A stretch of 63,437 nt of DNA, filler included, from Craspedostauros australis (lineage: Eukaryota): assembly GCA_030167865.1 (NCBI GenBank). It is 12 parts of 12 records of this genome, joined end to end, with 100 filler letters (N's around TTAATTAATTAA, not from the genome) between each part and the next. Parts side by side here need not be neighbours in the genome. Positions count along the whole stretch, not along the records: positions 57,842 to 60,078 come from JALAGF010000498.1; positions 60,179 to 61,822 come from JALAGF010000499.1; positions 61,923 to 63,437 come from JALAGF010000502.1; 9 more parts are not named here. One strand, 5' to 3'. Shown piece after piece: positions 59,501-63,437 of the stretch. A program made the translations under genes and the position numbers. The notes beneath the pieces were generated by a model that was given only the letters and a program-made list of their open reading frames with translations, was not told where the DNA came from and did not search any database. Position 1 is the stretch's first letter. Each line of letters begins with the position of its first letter.

Positions 59501-60178
59501 GGGGAGAGGGGGGATGGCAGCACACCCACCATGTGACTTCAGCCATGATGGGTGCCATCAACAAGTCAACCAATTGCCAACCCACCCACACAAGATGTGT
59601 GAAGTATCAACTCAAGACAAAATCTGCGAGGTCTGTGCCAGAGAGACAGTCTGCAAGAGGCTGCACCCCACCATATCTGACGAATGGTTGTTGATGGTGG
59701 GAGCCAAGTATTAGCTCAAACTAGTATTCCCATTAGTCATGTTAAGATTTAGTTGAGTTAGTCAACTGTCTGACTGCTCAGAATGTTTGAGCGAGATTGA
59801 AGCATGAGTCGATGTCGGTGGGATGGGGTCCCACAGGGTCCCTCCCCACAAATCATGCTCGACTTAGGACGAAATCGCTCGTCTGACCAAATTGGGGATT
59901 GAGCGATCGTGCCATCCCACACCACTAATAAGTGGTGTGGGTTGTCCTGGATGGACAAACGTACCAGACCGTTGAATGAACATCATTCCCCAAAAGCGAC
60001 CGGAAGAGAGTGAACACCAAACTCTCTCTCTCTCCGGCCATCACAAAATTTACATCTCCTCTCTCGAATGGCAACATCNNNNNNNNNNNNNNNNNNNNNN
60101 NNNNNNNNNNNNNNNNNNNNNNTTAATTAATTAANNNNNNNNNNNNNNNNNNNNNNNNNNNNNNNNNNNNNNNNNNNN

Positions 60179-61505
60179 GGTAGTTTGCACCCAAGCTTCC
60201 GACGACGTTTCCATGCGTTCCTGTGCCTGCAACAGAAAACACAACTTGGATATCTCGGCTGGTAGTCTCAATTGTGCCATCGCATCCGTTCGCAATGTAC
60301 TTTCCCATCTCATCACCGAGTCGACTGTAATTTCGGATGATTTCCCGCACGAGGTTTGGACATCCGGATGCTTCGTCGAGACAGTACACGATTCGGATGG
60401 ATTCGGGGTCTCCCTTGGCCCCATCTGCAGTCGGTTCCGCCCAAGCATTCATTTCTTTGATGATGGTTTGGAAGGCGATGGGCTTCGACTGCACGACACT
60501 TTTCAAACTGCTCGTCAAGCTTTCATAGGCCTCGTTGTACCGTTGATCGCCTGATTCTTTCGTCCGTATGTCTACATCGATGATCTTCAAGACGCTGACC
60601 ACGGCATCTCTCAGATGAGCGCTTGCAGCCAGCTCGACAGTCTTGCCGCTTCCACTTTCGGTGTGGAATATTGCCACCACGTCGCGGTCCGTACCAAGGT
60701 CCAGCGGCTTCAGAAACACCTTTGTTGGTTGCTGCCCATGGTCGCCTTTGTGTCGAAAGTTGGCTTCACCAAAGAAGAATGTTGATTTGTCTTCGCCTAC
60801 GCGGAGCATGTCGAATGGTTTGGGCTTCTGGGTGTTATGGGTGATTCCCAATGTCATCAAGATCGAATCATGGAGAGTTGTGGGTCTATCTTTACTGGCA
60901 ACCACCAGCGATCTTTTGACGGCAACCAAGACTTTCTCTCTGTGCTTCGGATCTTGATTTTCGCCCATGATCCATGAGGCTGTGACGTCGTTGGGAACTA
61001 GACCTTGGATGACAGATGCTGTACTCTCCAACGCGCCCTCATTGCTGCCTTCTTTTTTGGCGGCATTGATGATGGATGTCCTGGCAAAAATCACGTTTTT
61101 CCAGAAGCCATCTTTTGGAGCAGATATCTTGAAGTGCTTGTCCAGCATCTCCTTGACACCTTCCTCGTCCAAATTCGCGTCCCAGAAGTCATCATTGTTG
61201 AAGAGGTCTGCGTACTGGGCTGGATCCGTCGGCACTTCTGCCAATGTGGGCTCGCCAGCGGCTGGTTCTTCTGCTTCCGAGTTGTTGTTGCCGTCTGCAC
61301 GGAGACGAGAGCTGGACCCACATCGCAGCTGTTGTTGAGAGAGAAGAGAGTGCGATGGCATTGACGACAGGCGCGGTAGCCAAGGGCATGGAGCAGTGAA
61401 TGCCGCCACGGATCTGACTTCCATCGCCATCATCGTCATCACCATGATGACCATCATCGTCATCGTTGCCATGAGTGTCGTGGTGGGGGGAGCGTGGGAG
61501 CGCAT
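60179..61505 (-). CDS. P-loop NTPase with N-terminal signal/plastid-type presequence, 3'-partial
   Basis: Hydrophobic Met-rich leader ending VAA-FTAP, a Ser/Arg-rich transit-like region, Walker A-like ESGSGKT, Walker B VYCLDE and a downstream VVFSVAGTG strand. Alternative ATG at 61472. Confidence 0.75.
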
Positions 61506-63437
61506 GGTTGGCTGAAATTGGAGTCAATGTTGCGACTGTGAACCGTTCACCCCTGAAGGAAAGTGGCAGTTCGAAGGTCTTGATTTGAATCCTCCGCGAA
61601 GCGAAAAAGGAAGGGAACGACAGGGTCCGCTGCAGCAACAGTTACTCGATTCGCCGAAGACTGCGTGGGTGAGTGTGGTAATACCTGTATACCCGCGCAT
61701 TGACTCGTTTCGTGGAGGTGTTTGGTTGTTTTCTTGGCTCCTTTGGGGTTTCGTTCTGTTTCTTTTGGGTTCGGCTGTTGGCTGGTGTCTGTGCAGATTT
61801 AGTGCCAATTCCCGAATCTGGCNNNNNNNNNNNNNNNNNNNNNNNNNNNNNNNNNNNNNNNNNNNNTTAATTAATTAANNNNNNNNNNNNNNNNNNNNNN
61901 NNNNNNNNNNNNNNNNNNNNNNGTACAAGGGGCGTTGCGAATGACAGTGACGCTCAACGCACGCGTGCGGAGAAACTAGTGTCCGTTCCGTTGGTCGGCC
62001 TGTTTCAACCCCATAAATAGGCGCCTGTGCTATCCGCAGGAAATACCCCGAGCACTGAACATTGTGACACAAAGAGCTGCAGGGGCATACATGTTGATCG
62101 TGCTTCGCTTCCATCATTTTGTGTATGGGACTCATGCGAACATCGTTCACTTGTTGCGTAACCGCCTTTCGCATGCTTGCTTCGCGGAGGTTCGCATCCA
62201 GGAAACGTGTTCTCGCCACGCGCGGCACTACATTTTCAAATTGAGGAAACTGCTACCGTTATCATCTCGATGTGCTTTACCGCGACTCCTCGCAGACGGA
62301 CGCGCGTGATGACATCAGCAATAAACATCGCGGTGAATCACATGAACAGCGGAGAGTGAAGGTCGTGTCGCATGCGCTGTCCGACACCCAATCGCAACGC
62401 ACACAGCCTCATCTGTTCTCTCGCACTTCGCCGCGCAACCAATCATGACTGCTTCTGTCACGGTGAACACAGCGGGCGTGCCCATCACCAAACCAAGACA
62501 AATTCTGCTCATCTCGTGTGCGTTGCGATGTTCGTGTTGCAGTTCCAACCATGGGGGATGATGGCGACAGCCAGCTCGTTGCTGTGTGGCGTTTGGGGCG
62601 ATTTCTCCGTCTTTCGCCAGTGACTGGAACCGAAGTGAGCGCGTCACAAAGTCGGATGCGCTGATGCTGGACGCTGTGGGGCGCCTTGTGTCTTTGCGCC
62701 AGCTTACTGTGCGGATGGAATCCTCCGCCGCTGCCTCCAACTGACAACAGGCGAATCAAGCACTGTTAACGCATGCACCTGAAGCGCATTCAACACAGTA
62801 GCAACACTGACTCGAATTGAACTCTGTGATGGCTTGCCCTCGTTTGATGTTGTTCCTGTGATGCAAGAGACATGCGACGGGTAGGCTGCCCAAACAGATG
62901 CACAGAACACACGATAACTAGCCCATCCCTTGTACTAGGAACAAATAGCTCAACTGTCAAAACCACGAAACGTGATGATCGTCGATAGCTTCCTGTGTCT
63001 GTTGAGTTTGCGCGTGGTTGGTGTCCTGGTTTGAAAAGAGCAAGCAAACAATTGCACTGATGGGGTATTCGGGAAAGCGCCATGTTCCGTTGTTTGACGT
63101 TGTAAATACTATTTTCTGAGTTTGCATCTCGGACGCACTGGACAAGCATCGTGAGGAACGCAAAGCGAATTTTGTGCCCTCGTGGCAACACCCCCAAGAA
63201 AGAAGACTGCCAGACACCAACGCTCGCTGAAGAGAGTCCCACTTTGTCATACGAAGAACCCAGAGAATCACCAACGAGCACCTGAGCCGCACAGCCAAAC
63301 AAACGTTGGACGGGGGTGGGTTCACCACCTCCGACAATGGACACGACCACGACAGTGATCACACAACAACGTAGCGCGCATTAATACAGGAACGTGGAGG
63401 AATGGCGCTGCTCCCGGTGCAGAGTGTGACAGTTGAT

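Noticed and set aside
16447..61922. Regularly recurring TTAATTAATTAA motif as a biological repeat or array
   Set aside because: Always embedded in exactly 44+44 N, so it is an artificial six-frame-stop linker. ORFs ending in X...LIN are artefacts of it.
61923..63437. ORFs in the last contig
   Set aside because: Short and overlapping, with no motifs or consistent coding signal.

Overview
Eukaryotic genomic sequence, most likely a diatom or related photosynthetic stramenopile (inferred from GT-AG introns, bipartite signal+F/W plastid-type presequences and an Ambal-like non-LTR element). The window is not contiguous. It is 12 contigs joined by artificial 100-bp spacers (44 N + TTAATTAATTAA + 44 N), so neighbourhoods across spacers mean nothing. 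Contig 1 (1-16446) has a putative plastid membrane protein, a Thr-rich mucin-like type I membrane protein, an ankyrin-BTB gene and, directly behind it, an apparently intact two-ORF non-LTR retrotransposon (ORF2 = APE endonuclease-RT-RNase H-Zn knuckle). Contig 2 (16547-32854) is gene-dense: MATH-BTB, ALG12, IMPACT, RPL19, YgfZ-like, a spliced COX4-like gene and a second ankyrin-BTB. Contig 3 (32955-44035) has a Ser-rich hypothetical, a sulfotransferase, KDSR and an RNI-like fragment. The small contigs hold tandem LRR membrane-protein genes (two contigs overlap by 1727 bp), a vWA-alpha-kinase, a truncated solute-binding receptor, a second ORF1-like start with upstream tandem repeats, TE remnants, and a P-loop NTPase with a plastid-type presequence. 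No rRNA, tRNA or CRISPR array was recognised. No clearly novel system is proven. The best leads are the NTPase, the modular BTB adaptor family and the retroelement.
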